63,105 nt of DNA, filler included, from Nemertoderma westbladi (GCA_032718475.1; 4 parts of 4 records of this genome joined end to end with filler, not necessarily neighbours in it); one strand, 5' to 3'. Positions 23,584 through 36,456 are shown, numbered from the whole stretch's first letter. The notes: a model not told the origin generated them from the sequence alone. A program made the numbers and translations.

Positions 23584-23852
23584 TTGGTCCCGGACAATTT
23601 GGTCCTGGACAATTCGGTCCCGGATAATTCGGTTCCGGACAATTCGGTCCCGGACAATTCGGTCCCGGACAATTCGGCCCTGGACAATTCGGTCCCGGAT
23701 AAATCGGTTCCGGACAATTCTGTCCCGGACAATTCGGTCCCAAAACACAAAATTAATGGGACCGAATTGTCCGGGACCGAATTGTCCGGGACCGAATTGT
23801 CCGGACCGAATTGTCCGGACCGAATTGTCCGGGACCGAATTGTCCTGCTTCC
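23584..23852. repeat. Second inverted array of the 15-bp GGACAATTCGGTCCC unit
   Basis: About 10 forward and 6 reverse units; a short further copy at ~58900-58940. Confidence 0.8.
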
Positions 23853-24080
23853 GTAATTTTTCAGTTTGTGTCATATACAGTAATTATTAACGTAAACTTG
23901 GAAATTGAAATTAAACAATGTAGCTTCATAAGTGATACTCAAATTGGTGCTTCACTTATTAAAATTTAAGGTCTTTAAATCAAAAATGGATAAAAATAAA
24001 TAATCTATTCGTTTTCACTGTAAAATTTTACTGCAGATAGACCCTGAACCGCGGTGTAATGCTCATATATCGACTGTTTA

Positions 24081-24084
24081 TTAA

Positions 24085-24115
<31 letters not shown>

Positions 24116-24327
24116 ACACCATTTTGGTCCAAAATATGTCGAAATTTTTTTTATGGTCTATTATAATGCACCATTGAATGGTGTTTCCAAATCTGAAAAC
24201 CGCTATTTAATAGCTCTTTTAGTTTTCAAGTTATGTAAATTTACATTTAGGGAATCCTATTGAAATTACTATTACTGTACTACTGTATGTATAATGAAAG
24301 GTCGATTATCTCCAAATATTTTTTTCA
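24081..24327. mobile_element. Left end of a TTAA-GGGG (Kolobok-like) non-autonomous element, cut by a gap
   Basis: TTAA followed by poly-G GTACACC; internal CAAATCTGAAAACCGCT shared with 47890-48779. Confidence 0.5.
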
Positions 24328-24427
24328 NNNNNNNNNNNNNNNNNNNNNNNNNNNNNNNNNNNNNNNNNNNNTTAATTAATTAANNNNNNNNNNNNNNNNN
24401 NNNNNNNNNNNNNNNNNNNNNNNNNNN
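24328..24427. other. Assembly gap with artificial six-frame stop linker
   Basis: 44 N + TTAATTAATTAA + 44 N. Confidence 0.97.
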
Positions 24428-25115
24428 TGGACGTTATGTTTGAATGTTGGGTTTGGAGGAGCGATTGGCAATTGGTTACCGTTAGCAATTGGTGCTCAGG
24501 AGAAGATATCCAGACCAGCAGGACGAACTTTTTAGCTCGTCAGGAGGACCCTTTAAGACTCATTTGAAAGTTATTAGCGCATTATGTTTATATTATATTT
24601 GGAACTGATTTAATTTGGTGAAGGTTTATTATGTATATTTACAATATATAAAGATTTATCGAAAGAGTTTGATTTATTTGTTTGATTTGTTTGAATTATT
24701 TGCTCTGATTTGTTTGAATTATTTGTTTTGATTTGTTTATTTGCTTATATTGATAACCGAAAGCCCTTTTTGTATTTTAGGCACTAAAGTTAATTCGTAA
24801 ATTTGTATTTGTATGTACGATCGATTGTATTTACGCCGTATCTGCAATATTAAGTATGCAATGATTAGATAGTGATTATATTTTATATTTTAGGCCCTAC
24901 CAATAAATTTAGAAATAGTTTGTAGATATTTTATATTCTGATTGGTGAAAACAGTCTTACTTACTGTTTTCATGGAGCGGTGATGAATTATTTCACTATA
25001 AGGTAGCATTTGTAGTTTAACTTTAGCGTAAAAACTTTGAAAATCCGACGTATTTTGATTAAGTTACAGTAATGTAATATGCCTACTCATATTTGTACAC
25101 ATAAAACCCTTAGGT

Positions 25116-25193
25116 ACTCTCGTGGCGTAGTGGTCAGATGGTTAAGGCGTTGGTTACATTACATAGGTTACGAGTTCGAATCCCAGTCGGGAA
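25116..25193 (+). ncRNA. tRNA-derived Pol III-promoter-like segment inside the LTR-like repeat (not a canonical tRNA)
   Basis: A box TGGCGTAGTGG (25123-25133) and B box GAGTTCGAATCC (25172-25183); copies at ~33475, ~34753, ~37407 and ~38649; cloverleaf stems are degenerate. Confidence 0.65.
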
Positions 25194-25239
25194 ATTTGTA
25201 TTTTGGGGCCATTTATTTTCGTTTAGGTGTTAATTGGTA

Positions 25240-25490
25240 GGCCAATGAGAGGCGTACAACGTAGCGGATAATGAGCCAGGCCAATCATAGGGCATAAATT
25301 ACCTTATTGCTCAAATGTGAGGCAGTGGAAAATTCTGTTAGGATTCCATGTCCCAGATTTAGTGTAAGGGCCGTACTGCGTTGAACGATGAGCTGGGCCA
25401 ATCATAGGGCACGAAACACTTTATGGTTCAAATGTGAAGCTGTGGAAAATTCTGTTTGGTTTCCATGTGCAATTTCTAGTATAAAAGGCC
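25240..25490 (+). promoter_or_regulatory. Putative Pol II promoter of the LTR-like repeat (three CCAAT boxes plus TATA box)
   Basis: GGCCAAT at ~25242, ~25281 and ~25398; TATAAAA at 25480-25486; equivalent CCAAT/TATA motifs in copies B, C and D. Confidence 0.5.
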
Positions 25491-27258
25491 GGTTTGCCTT
25501 CGGTTATCACCCTAGTACCACACTTCGTTATGATTTTGTATAACGTTACTCTATCAGTTTATTCTTGTAAAATTAGTTAATTTCGGTTTCTTGTTGAAAC
25601 TTTGATAAATCCTTTTGTAAAACTGTAAATATACTGCAATTTCCTGACATGTTTTCTTTTGGTCCGACTTCGGGACAGCCGAACACCAGGGAGATGGCAG
25701 CCTAGACCGTTAGGCCGTAAGCAACGCAGGGAAGGGATGTCCACAACACGCTAGCGCCCACATTTGGATTGACCGCGCACCCCCTTTGCCCCTTCGAAAT
25801 GCTCAACTTGCTATGCAGCGCCCGCTTTGTGAGAAAGGTAAGACTTTGTTCGACGCCCTTGCCCGCCGTAAGACCTATAGATCAGGGTAAGCGTGACACC
25901 GCACTGGACGCCGCAAATTTAGGATCAAATAATTATATCCAGACACCCCCCCTCTTGTCAGTCCTACGAACCCCTGGGTTAACCTGTACTTCCTACAGGT
26001 GCGAACTATTGCCATTCGTCAGTACGCGAGTACACATTAGGTACGGACAGCATACGTTCCATAATTTAGTGATTCATAGCACTGACTGTTTGGTACCGGT
26101 TCGCTTTGTAGAACGTACATTAGTACCCCCCCCCCCCCCTGTCTGGAGTTAGCTATTTGATCAGGCAAGGAGTATTTCTGCTACCGGCACACTGCTTGGC
26201 CTAGGGAGGTTTATTAATATCCTACCGCGCCTTGCCACGTACTGATAGGTATTGCTGCTAACTACCGCAGCAACAAAATTCTAGAATTAAATTAGTATAC
26301 CAGATCAGCTAACGTACGGTAGCGATTAACCCCTATTCTTATCTTACAACCAGAATCTGGTATTAGTGCCGATCACGGGTGTAGTTACTAACACTGTGGT
26401 TGCCCATTGGGTTGTGGATAGGAAGGAGAGAGCTTTGACGTCATTCGTGAGTATAAAGTTCTACAAACGCGACTAGTTTATTTTAGTAGCTAGCGCACGG
26501 TATCATTTTAGTCAGAAAATCATTAAAACCTAGTAAAAGGAATTACACGAAATTGTTTTATTTGTAACACACCCACACACACACGCCCTAAAACATACCG
26601 CCCTTAAAGTTCTACTAGCTATAGCGTACTATACATTACTTTAGGTGGAAATTATTTGTATTTGTACAATTAGGATCTGATTTGATTGCGGCAAGATAAG
26701 GAGTATTTCACTTTCGTTATTAAACTGTTGTTTGTCTGGACAACGGTATTGTTACATTTAGGCCTGACCCTTTAGACTGATTTCGTACAGGGGGATCAGT
26801 TATTGTTACATTTAGGCACGACCCCTTTTCGACTGATTTAGGACTGTCAGTGTTGTTACGCTAGGTCTGTTAACCCACTAGCTCGTATATAAACCATATA
26901 AATCACACCGCGGCAAGTTACTGTATTTAGGACTGTCAGTGATAGTTAGGATTCGCTGCGCGGGGATTGTTTTCCCGTGAGTTTGGTCTGTTACGGTAAC
27001 TGTACATCTGCCTCACCGGTTAGAGGACAGGTATCCTTCTGTCTAGTACGTAGGCATTCGACCCGCTCACGTACATAGAATAGATACAAGGCTCTGTTCC
27101 TCGCCAGTAGTCGTTTGTGTACTATATCTGTTTGTTTAGATATCCTGGACTGGGATTTGTTGTCAGATACTGTACAAACCCGTATACATTACTAGAGTCT
27201 CATAGTAAGATACATCGTTACTAGGATCTGGTAAGCGGTATACTACTGGACCCTTACA

Positions 27259-27787
27259 GAGGGACACAAACATTAATGAGGGACACAAACATTAATGAGG
27301 GACACAAACATTAATGAAGGACACAACATTAATGAGGGACACAAACATTAATGAAGGACACAAACATTAATGATTGGCACATTAATGAGGGACACAAACA
27401 TTAATGAAGGACACAACATTAATGAGGGACACAAACATTAATGAAGGACACAACATTAATGAGGGACACAAACATTAATGAAGGACACAAACATTAATGA
27501 GGGACACAAACATTAATGAGGGACACAAACATTAATGAGGTACACAAACATTAATGAAGGACACAAACATTAATGATTGGCACATTAATGAGGGACACAA
27601 ACATTAATGAAGGACACAAACATTAATGAGGGACACAAACATTAATGAGGGACACAAACATTAATGAAGGACACAACATTAATGAGGGACACAAACATTA
27701 ATGAAGGACACAAACATTAATGAGGGACACAAACATTAATGAAGGACACAAACATTAATGAGGGACACAAACATTAATGAGGGACAC
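27259..27787. repeat. 19-bp minisatellite (GAGGGACACAAACATTAAT)n
   Basis: About 28 head-to-tail units with minor variants and no unique spacers. Confidence 0.95.
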
Positions 27788-27993
27788 GCTGCTGGTCAGC
27801 CAGTAGGCGCTCCCGCGCTACTCCATAACGCGGTCTGTCAAACTAGCTGTAGGCTAGCGGGTAGTGCAGAAGCAGTAAACAAACAACGCAGTCAAGTTAG
27901 TGGCACTGATTACATAATATTAGCCAAAGTTCAGTCATGCTACAATTACTGCCTAATTAGCTCAACACTACTAGAAGAATAAGAAGAATACCA

Positions 27994-28482
27994 CTACTAC
28001 TACTACTACTAGGATCGGCATGCTGCATTGCAGCTGCATTTTTAAGAATGCTGTGCCGGCTTGTCAACAAAATTGCACCGCCACAACTCCCTATCACCCA
28101 TGACATTTGCTAGATCATCCGCATCTTTAAGGCCAGTGTCCTTTAAGATGCGTCTGAAGAAAGTCATGGGCTGTCCACCATGCTTATTCACTCCATGAGG
28201 CTGCCAAAGTACAAGATTATGCACTGGCTGGTCCTCACGGCGAAAGCAATGTCCTGCAAAGCGGAGGCGATTTTGTTCAAGTGTCAAGCTTGGGGGAACC
28301 AATGAGTCACCTCCAATGGTATATAGTGTCTGGTTGGAGATCTGTGCATTGTACTTGACACAATGAACCCGGCGTAGCATTCTTGTGAATGTGCCATCCA
28401 GAGATTTGGTGTCCTCAGCAGTTAGAGCCCAGCATGGACTCCCATAGAGGAGTACTGGAACTACTGCTGCTCTAAATAATCC
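27994..28482 (-). mobile_element. 5'-truncated RTE LINE copy with (TAG)n tail
   Basis: C-terminal ORF RLRFAGHCFR...VDKPAQHS; 13-bp TSD AAGAAGAATACCA at 27981-27993 and 28483-28495. Confidence 0.92.
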
Positions 28483-29599
28483 AAGAAGAATACCAGGAGA
28501 GGGAAGAAGAATGAGTCACCATTGGTCGAACAAAATCCTACTCCTATTGGACCAACAGACCAACCTAATAACAAATACTCTCGATGGAAACACCAAAATA
28601 AGACGCCTACAACACTGCCAGAACCACACTTGGAAAATTGAAGAGTCTACAACAACAGGCGATACGTATTGTAATAAGCAGAGGGAACCCATCATTCGCA
28701 CCCTTAACTGGACGGTGTTATGCAAAAACCAGTTAACCCACATTTTGGTCAAAAATGAGTTATGACCGCTAGGGGGTGTAAGATGCCATTAAGTATGTAC
28801 ATGTAAATTTTGGAGACCATACGACAACGTAAATACTGGAACATATGTAGTCGCATTTTACAAAAACCAGTTAACCCACATCCACAGAAATACGTTGTTT
28901 ATTCTTTCCTATTGGCCATACAGTTAAATTGATATTAAATAGGTGTAGAGGGATTTTTAAAATTACATTAGTCCAGGGTCAAATTTACATAATTTACTAT
29001 TAATAATTTACCAACGATAACAGTACCAGAAAGTGGGGATTAACAGTAGATGTAGGACTTGTAGTCTTGGTTAGTTTATAGTTCACAACAAGTATCTTAT
29101 AGAAAACTTATTAATATAATTTAGGGCTACTACAGCATCATATGTTTGAACATTACTTGGCTGTGCTATGCTCATAAATGGAAGATGTTTTATAATGCAG
29201 ATGAAGTGCTAGATTTTGTGATGATGGAAAATTAAATCTTGTCGGTGATGAGAATACGAAATTGAGGGTTGCAAATCCTGCAATGTTGCAACATTAATAA
29301 TAAACATCTAAATAAGAAAAATGACCCGTATATCCCAAGTGATAATGACTCCGAAAGAATCTTAATCTGTATAGTAATACGCAAGTAATAATGATGATAT
29401 AGGTACTGTAAATCCTGTAAATAATGTGCCTGATCATGATATAAATGACCCATCACATATTTCAAGTGAGAGTGGCTCAGAATCAACTACGGAAATCTGT
29501 ATCTCATAGTAACTACTGTACACCAGTGATAATGATCATATCGGAAAAACGTGGTTAATGACAAACGCAGTGAATGTAGTGGGGCTAAGAATAAAATCC

Positions 29600-30135
29600 T
29601 AGATGATGTGAAAAACAAGGTGAACCATATTCAAATCATATTAACAATTTTCCGAGATGTTCCTCGGAAAGTAGGATTATAGCCGTTCAGAAACAAAATC
29701 TGAATATTTAGGCCCAGAACTAAATTTATCAAATATGTTTAGATTATACACCATAATGGCACTGATGGGCCTCGTGTTAAGAAGTCAACTTACAAGCAAA
29801 TCTTCATGACGACTTTAATCTCAAATTTAAAAGTCTGAATTCATGCCAGAGATGTAATAAGTTAACAGTATTAAAAGACGCATTTGGTGGTGAGCGCTTA
29901 ACAGAATTGACAGACACGTACGCGAAACCCACCTAGCCTTTGCAGAAATGCAAAGATGAAAAATTATCTGAAAAATAGTGACCAAATAACCTAGGGATTT
30001 ACTTTTGATTTTCAGTCAGTTTATCCCCTTCCCAGAATTCAGACAAGCGTAGCATATTATATGCGCCAATCAATTATCAAGATAAATTTTGGAATTCATA
30101 ATGGAAATAACAAAAGTTATTTCTATTGGTTATTT
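29600..30135 (+). pseudogene. Sola-like DNA transposase remnant
   Basis: Manual translation gives DYSRSETKSEYLGPELNLSNMFRLY and GFTFDFQSVYPLPRIQTSVAYYMRQ...NFGIHN, matching Sola-type SHY.R/YL and FDLQ..LP.P...YY.RQ...N motifs; interrupted by an RTE. Confidence 0.65.
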
Positions 30136-30139
30136 ATAC

Positions 30140-31150
30140 TTGCTTGAAGTGTTAGGGGGAGTCCTCCTGGGAGACACACTTGCACCATTCTTGTTCATAA
30201 TTGTGGTTGACTATGTTCTACGCATGTCCTTAGATCATCATAATGATGATGGGGTGATGATAACTCCACCTACTGGCTCCAGAAGTCGAGGAAATCCTGC
30301 CAAGTACCTAACTGATCTAGACTTTGCTGATGACTTAGGAGTACTCTCAGAATCACTATAGGGAGCCCAACGGCTCCTCAGCTCATTAGAACATGCTGCT
30401 TCTAGTGTTGGTCTTTTTATTAACTCCAGAAAGACCAAAATTTTGACAGTTAACTTTGAAAGTCCTCAGCAAGTCTCTGATCGGATGAGCATAAGCTCAA
30501 AGGATGGTATGCTTGAGCATGTGGACGACTTCTGTTACCTGGGATCATGGATCTGGAAGTCAGGTGAGGACCTTCGAATACGTAAGGGAAAGGCATGGGC
30601 AGCCTTGAATAGGCTTTCCAGGATTTGGAAGTCACCTAGAATTAATCGGAAACTTAAGGTCCGATTATTTAGAGCAGCAGTAGTTCCAGTACTCCTCTAC
30701 GGGAGTCCATGCTGGGCTCTAACTGCTGAGGACACCAAATCTCTGGATGGCACATTCACAAGAATGCTACGCCGGGTACATTGTGTCAAGTACAATGCAC
30801 ACATCTCCAACCAGACACTATATAACATTGGAGGTGTCTCATTGGTTCCCCCAAGCTTGACACTAGAACAAAATCGCCTCAGCTTTGCAGGACATTGCTT
30901 TCGCCGTGAGGACCAGCCAGTGCATAATCTTGTACTTTGGCAGCCTCATGGAGTGAATAAGCATGGTGGACAGCCCATGACTTTCTTGAGACGCATCTTA
31001 AAGGACACTGGCCTTAAAGATGCGGATGATCTAGCAATTGTCATGGGTGATAGGGAGTTGTGGCGGTGCAATTTTGTTGACAAGCCGGCACAGCATTCTT
31101 AAAAATGCAGCTGCAATGCAGCATGCCGATCCTAGTAGTAGTAGTAGTAG
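30140..31150 (+). mobile_element. 5'-truncated RTE LINE copy (RT to 3' end)
   Basis: GDTLAPFLF, DFADD, YLGS, VLLYGS, FAGH; one stop at ~30359; 3' UTR ends GCCGATCC(TAG)n. Confidence 0.92.
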
Positions 31151-34100
31151 TATGCTATTGACATCTATTTATCTGAATACCAACAATTCATAGGTGACAA
31201 AGAGCTAAGGAGACGTCTAGAAGGACTTCACACAAACAGTGAGGCAGCCAACTTAATTTTAGACTCATTGGATGCCCAAATGATAGCGGTGAACGAGTTT
31301 GGTACCCTGCCAACACTATTTGCGGCAGATGCGGGGCAACTGGCCACCACGCAAAGAAATGCGGAGCGAAACACATATCTCTACCAGACTTAGTATGTAA
31401 CTGGTGCGGGGATCAACGTTCGCACACTTTCTACACTTGCTGGTGTTTCGTGGCGCTGTGCACGTATTGTAATATTAAAGGTCTTGGGCATCCGAATGTC
31501 AACTTAGGGACCTCCCCTATGAGCACATGTCAGTTAAAATCGTTCGACAGCTATTCGACCATTGGGAGAATCTAGCAGACGAGCATGTATCGATGCAGCG
31601 ACGCCGTTTCCCTATGAGAGCACACTTGGGATTTTGGGCCTCATTTGGGTCTCATAATGTCGAAGGAAGGATATGTGTCAGCTATGCCTCACTACGACGA
31701 ACTCTTGGAGGTGCTGGATATATTGCCACTGGATAGTGGATTTAAGGTTGTGCGGGACTACTTTCTACAGTTACACCCCGACAACAAGAACACTTGGAAC
31801 TTTCAAACTGTGGTGAACAAGATTACCGCCGGGGAATTCGACAAATTGCGAGTCGAACAGCGGAATCGAGGAGCCTGGCATTCGATAGCTTGGGCATACA
31901 GGAGCGCATTTTATCACAATCGCGTAACCTCGTGTATTCTAGACGAGACAGACGTTTTACGTGAGACTGGCTTCAAGGCCACGCCGTTAGTCGAAAAGAC
32001 GCGTCACCCACAGGATGATCCGCAACTTCGTATACTTAGAGCCCAGAAGGCCGGACAAGAGATAAAGAAAGTAGTAAATGTCGCCGAGAGGACGACATCG
32101 AAGTCGCAAATCCGGATGACTCGGGGCACGGTTTCCCTCGCTAGAGAACCACGCGGAGGGACAGGATACGCTTTGCCGGAACCCATTAGGATTCAAATGA
32201 CGTCAGAGAGCGAGGTGTCAGCAGACGGAACAGTCCCACCCTTTCGACTTCCTCCCAGCGTTGTGGAGACTCGATCCGATGTTAAGCCAACAATTGGAAT
32301 CGGACGAGGATTTAGAGGACTGAGCGCACGACGGATGTGCGAAACTCCCGTCGTCCCCTTTCCTAGCGTTTTGGAACCACCGACAACTCTACACTGAAGT
32401 CCGAGTCCAGTTCGACCTCGACCACCACCCAATCGTACTAGAGGGCGTGGACGAGCCCGTTCGGCCAAGGAATAGGAGGGCGAGAAGAAGAAAGGAAGGC
32501 TTGCGAGCCTACCGATTGGATATTATATTCGGATATTTTATTTGGATGTTTATATTGGATATTTATATTGGATATTTATATTTGGATATTATATTTGGAT
32601 ATTTATATTGGACATTGGTTTTGGAGGAGCGAGATAGAGAATCGGTAAGATCGGTAAGATCGGTAAGCTTGCGAGCCTACCGATTGGATATTATATTCGG
32701 ATATTTTATTTGGATGTTTATATTGGATATTTATATTGGATATTTATATTTGGATATTATATTTGGATATTTATATTGGACATTGGTTTTGGAGGAGCGA
32801 GATAGAGAAGGAAGGCTTGCGAGCCTACCGTTAGCGATTAGCGCTCAGGAGAAGATATCCAGACCAGCAGGACGAACTTTTAAGATCGTCAGGAGGACAC
32901 TTTAAGACTTACTTGGAAATTATTAGTTTATTATGTTTATTCTATATTTAAGACTGATTTAATTTGGTGAAGTTTATTATGTATATTCGCAATATATAAT
33001 TCGTTAAAATTATTTGTTTGATTTGTTCTGATTTGTTTTGTTCTGATTTGTTTAATTTGCTTATCTTGATAACCGAAAGCCTTTTTTTTGTATTTTATGC
33101 ACTAAAGTTAATTGGTAAATTTGTATTTTGTATGTATGATGGATTGTATTTACGCCGTACCTGCAATATTAAGTATGCAATAATTAGGTAGTGATTATTT
33201 TATATTTTAGGCCCCACCAGTAGATTTAGAAGTATTTTGTAAATAGTTTATATTTCGATTGGTGAAAACAGTCTTACTTACTGTTTTCATGGAGCGGTGA
33301 TGGATTATTTCACTATAAGATAGCATTTGTAGTTTAACGTAAAAACTTTCTAAAATCCGACGCATTTTGATTAAGTTACAGTAATGATATTACATTACTG
33401 TAACTTAATCAAAATGCGTCGGATTTTAGAAAGTGAAGACTATTCATATTAGTACACATAAAACCCGTAGTTAATCTCATGGCGTAGTGGTCAGATGGTT
33501 AAGGCGTTGGTTGCATTACAGATAGGTTACGAGTTCGAATCCCAGTCGGGAAATTTGCATTTTGGGGCAATTTATTTTCATTTGGTACAAATTGATAAAC
33601 CAATGAGGTGCGTACAACACGGTTTCCCTCGCTAGAGAACCACGCGGAGGGACAGGATACGCTTTGCCGGAACCCATTAGGATTCAAATGACGTCAGAGA
33701 GCGAGGTGTCAGCAGACGGAACAGTCCCACCCTTTCGACTTCCTCCCAGCGTTGTGGAGACTCGATCCGATGTTAGGCCAACAATTGGAATCGGACGAGG
33801 ATTTAGAGGACTGAGCGCACGACGGATGTGCGAAACTCCCGTCGTCCCCTTTCCTAGTGTTTTGGAACCACCGACAACTCGACACTGAAGTCCGAGTCCA
33901 GTTCGACCTCGACCACCACCCAATCGTACTAGAGGGCGTGGACGAGCCCGTTCGGCCAAGGAATAGGAGGGCGAGAAGAAGAAAGGAAGGCTTGCGAGCC
34001 TACCGATTGGATATTATATTCGGATATTTTATTTGGATGTTTATATTGGATATTTATATTGGATATTTATATTTGGATATTATATTTGGATATTTATATT

Positions 34101-36456
34101 GGACATTGGTTTTGGAGGAGCGAGATAGAGAAGGAAGGCTTGCGAGCCTACCGTTAGCGATTAGTGCTCAGGAGAAGATATCCAGACCAGCAGGACAAAC
34201 TTTTAAGATCGTCAGGAGGACACTTTAAGACTTACTTGGAAAGTTATTAGTTTATTATGTTTATTCTATATTTAAGACTGATTTAATTTGGTGAAGTTTA
34301 TTATGTATATTCGCAATATATAATTCGTTAAAATTATTTGTTTGATTTGTTCTGATTTGTTTTGTTCTGATTTGTTTAATTTGCTTATCTTGATAACCGA
34401 AAGCCTTTTTTTTGTATTTTATGCACTAAAGTTAATTGGTAAATTTGTATTTTGTATGTATGATGGATTGTATTTACGCCGTACCTGCAATATTAAGTAT
34501 GCAATAATTAGGTAGTGATTATTTTATATTTTAGGCCCCACCAGTAGATTTAGAAGTATTTTGTAAATAGTTTGTATTTCGATTGGTGAAAACAGTCTTA
34601 CTTACTGTTTTCATGGAGCGGTGATGGATTATTTCACTATAAGATAGCATTTGTAGTTTAACGTAAAAACTTTCTAAAATCCGACGCATTTTGATTAAGT
34701 TACAGTAATGTAATATGCCTATTCATATTAGTACACATAAAACCCGTAGTTAATCTCATGGCGTAGTGGTCAGATGGTTAAGGCGTTGGTTGCATTACAG
34801 ATAGGTTACGAGTTCGAATCCCAGTCGGGAAATTTGCATTTTGGGGCAATTTATTTTCATTTGGTACAAATTGATAAACCAATGAGGTGCGTACAACACA
34901 TGGAACGATGAGTTGGGCCAATCATAGGGCATAGAACATCTTATTGCTCCAATGTGAGGCCATGGAATACTCTAGGAAGGTTCTAGCGGATTCTATGTCC
35001 CAGATTTAGTATATAAAGGGCTGGTTTGCCTTCGGTTATCACTTGTCTTGTCACCATTCACTACTCGTATTAACTCTCTCACTTTGCTTGCTTATCTCTT
35101 CATTAGTTACTTGTTTCTTGTTGAAACTATTTTGGTAAATCTGTTTGATAAGTTTTGTAAACTGTAAATATACTGCAAACTTCTGAACATGTATATTTCT
35201 GCACGTCCACCTTTGGGACAGCCAAGCATAGGAAGATGGCCGCCTAGACCGTTAGGCCGTCAGCAACGCAGGGAAATGATGTCCACAACACGCTAGCGCC
35301 CACATTAGATTAGACCGCGCACCCCCTTCGCCCTACGAAATACTCCACCTTGCCATGCAGCGCCCGATTTCCGAGGAAGGTAAGACTTTGTTTGACGCCC
35401 TTGCCCGACGTAAGACCTATAGATCAGGGTAAGCGTGACGCCGTTCTGGGACGCCGCAAAATTTAGGATCAAATAACTATATTCTGACAGAGCCCCCCCC
35501 ACCCCCCCCCCCCCCCCGTCAGTAGTGCAAATCCCTGGGTTACCTGTATACCTCACAGGTGCGAGCTATTGCCGTCCGTCAGTACGCGAGTACACATTAG
35601 GTACAGACAGCATATGTTCCATAATTTAGTGATTCGTATCACTGACCGTTTGGTACCGGTTCGCTTTGTAGAGCATACATTAGTACCCCCCCCCCCCCCC
35701 CCTGCCTGAACTTAGTTATTTGATCAGGCAAGGAGTATTTCTGCTACCGGCACACCGCTTGGCCTAGGGAGGTTTTATTAATATCCTACCGCGCCTTGCC
35801 ACGTACTGATAGGTATTGCTGCTAACTACCGCAGCAACAAAGTTCTAGAATCAAATTTGTATACCAGATCAGCTAACGTACGGTAGCAATTAACCCCTAT
35901 TTCTTATCTTACAACCAGAATCTGGTATTTGTGCCGATCACGGGTGTAGTTACTAACACCGTGGTTGCCCAGTTGAGTTGTGGATAGGAAGGAGAGAGCT
36001 TTGACGTCATTTGTAAGTATAAAGTTCTACAAAACGCGACTAGCTTATTTTAGTAGCTAGCGCACGGTATTGTTTCGGTCAGAGAATTACTAAAACCTAG
36101 TAAAATGATATACACCAAAATTGTTTTATTGTAACACACCCACACACACACGCCCTAAAACATATTTACCCTTAGAGTTCTACTAGATAGCGCACTTTAG
36201 ATTACTTTAGGCAGAATATATTTTATCTTACTTTTGGTATTTGTAAAATTAGGATCTAATATTTAGTTACGGCAAGAAGGAGTATTTATTTCGTTATTAA
36301 ACTGTTGTTTTGTCAGAGCAGCAGTATTGTTACATTAGGCACGACCCTCTTTAGACTGATTTAGGACGGGGATCAGTATTGTTACGCTAGGTCTGTATCC
36401 CACTAGCTCGTATATAAACCATATAAATCACACCGCGGCAAGTTATGGTATTTAGG
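31151..36456 (+). mobile_element. LTR-like repeat, copy B (diverged subfamily) with upstream coding region and a ~1.3-kb internal tandem duplication
   Basis: 32129-33619 is repeated at 33620-~34900; the downstream part is collinear with copy A; truncated at ~36456. Confidence 0.75.
31260..32397 (+). pseudogene. Frameshifted ORF with CCHC zinc knuckles, function unknown, part of repeat copy B
   Basis: Manual translation from 31321: CGRCGATGHHAKKC, CNWCGDQRSHTFYTC, CTYCNIKG; continues through ORFs 31527-31736 and 31645-32397. Confidence 0.6.

Larger units (their letters stand above)
24428..27258 (+). mobile_element. Long LTR-like repeat, copy A (ends CCCTTACA)
   Basis: Near-identical to 38342-40801 and 53684-53867, all ending at TACTACTGGACCCTTACA; diverged relatives at ~32800-36456 and 37277-38055. 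Confidence 0.8.

Noticed and set aside
22005-23874. GQFGP / GTELS / PDNSV repeat proteins
   Set aside because: Translations of a 15-bp DNA repeat that is open in several frames on both strands
24372-24383. TTAATTAATTAA palindrome inside N runs (also 38286 and 53628)
   Set aside because: Identical 44+12+44 layout three times: an artificial scaffolding linker
25116-25193. Functional tRNA gene
   Set aside because: A and B boxes are present but T-stem and anticodon stem do not pair properly; always embedded in the repeat
25363-25370. TGTAAGGG as the 5' end of a 1.9-kb LTR
   Set aside because: It complements the CCCTTACA end, but there is no polypurine tract or TSD, homology among copies continues far upstream, and copy B has TATATAAAGGG at this position; not fully excluded
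27259-27787. CRISPR-like array
   Set aside because: Units are head-to-tail with no unique spacers and no cas genes, in a eukaryotic context; it is a minisatellite
32447-34228. Hydrophobic LDIIFGYFIWMF membrane-protein ORFs
   Set aside because: Derived from a short GGATATTTATATT tandem repeat within the LTR-like element
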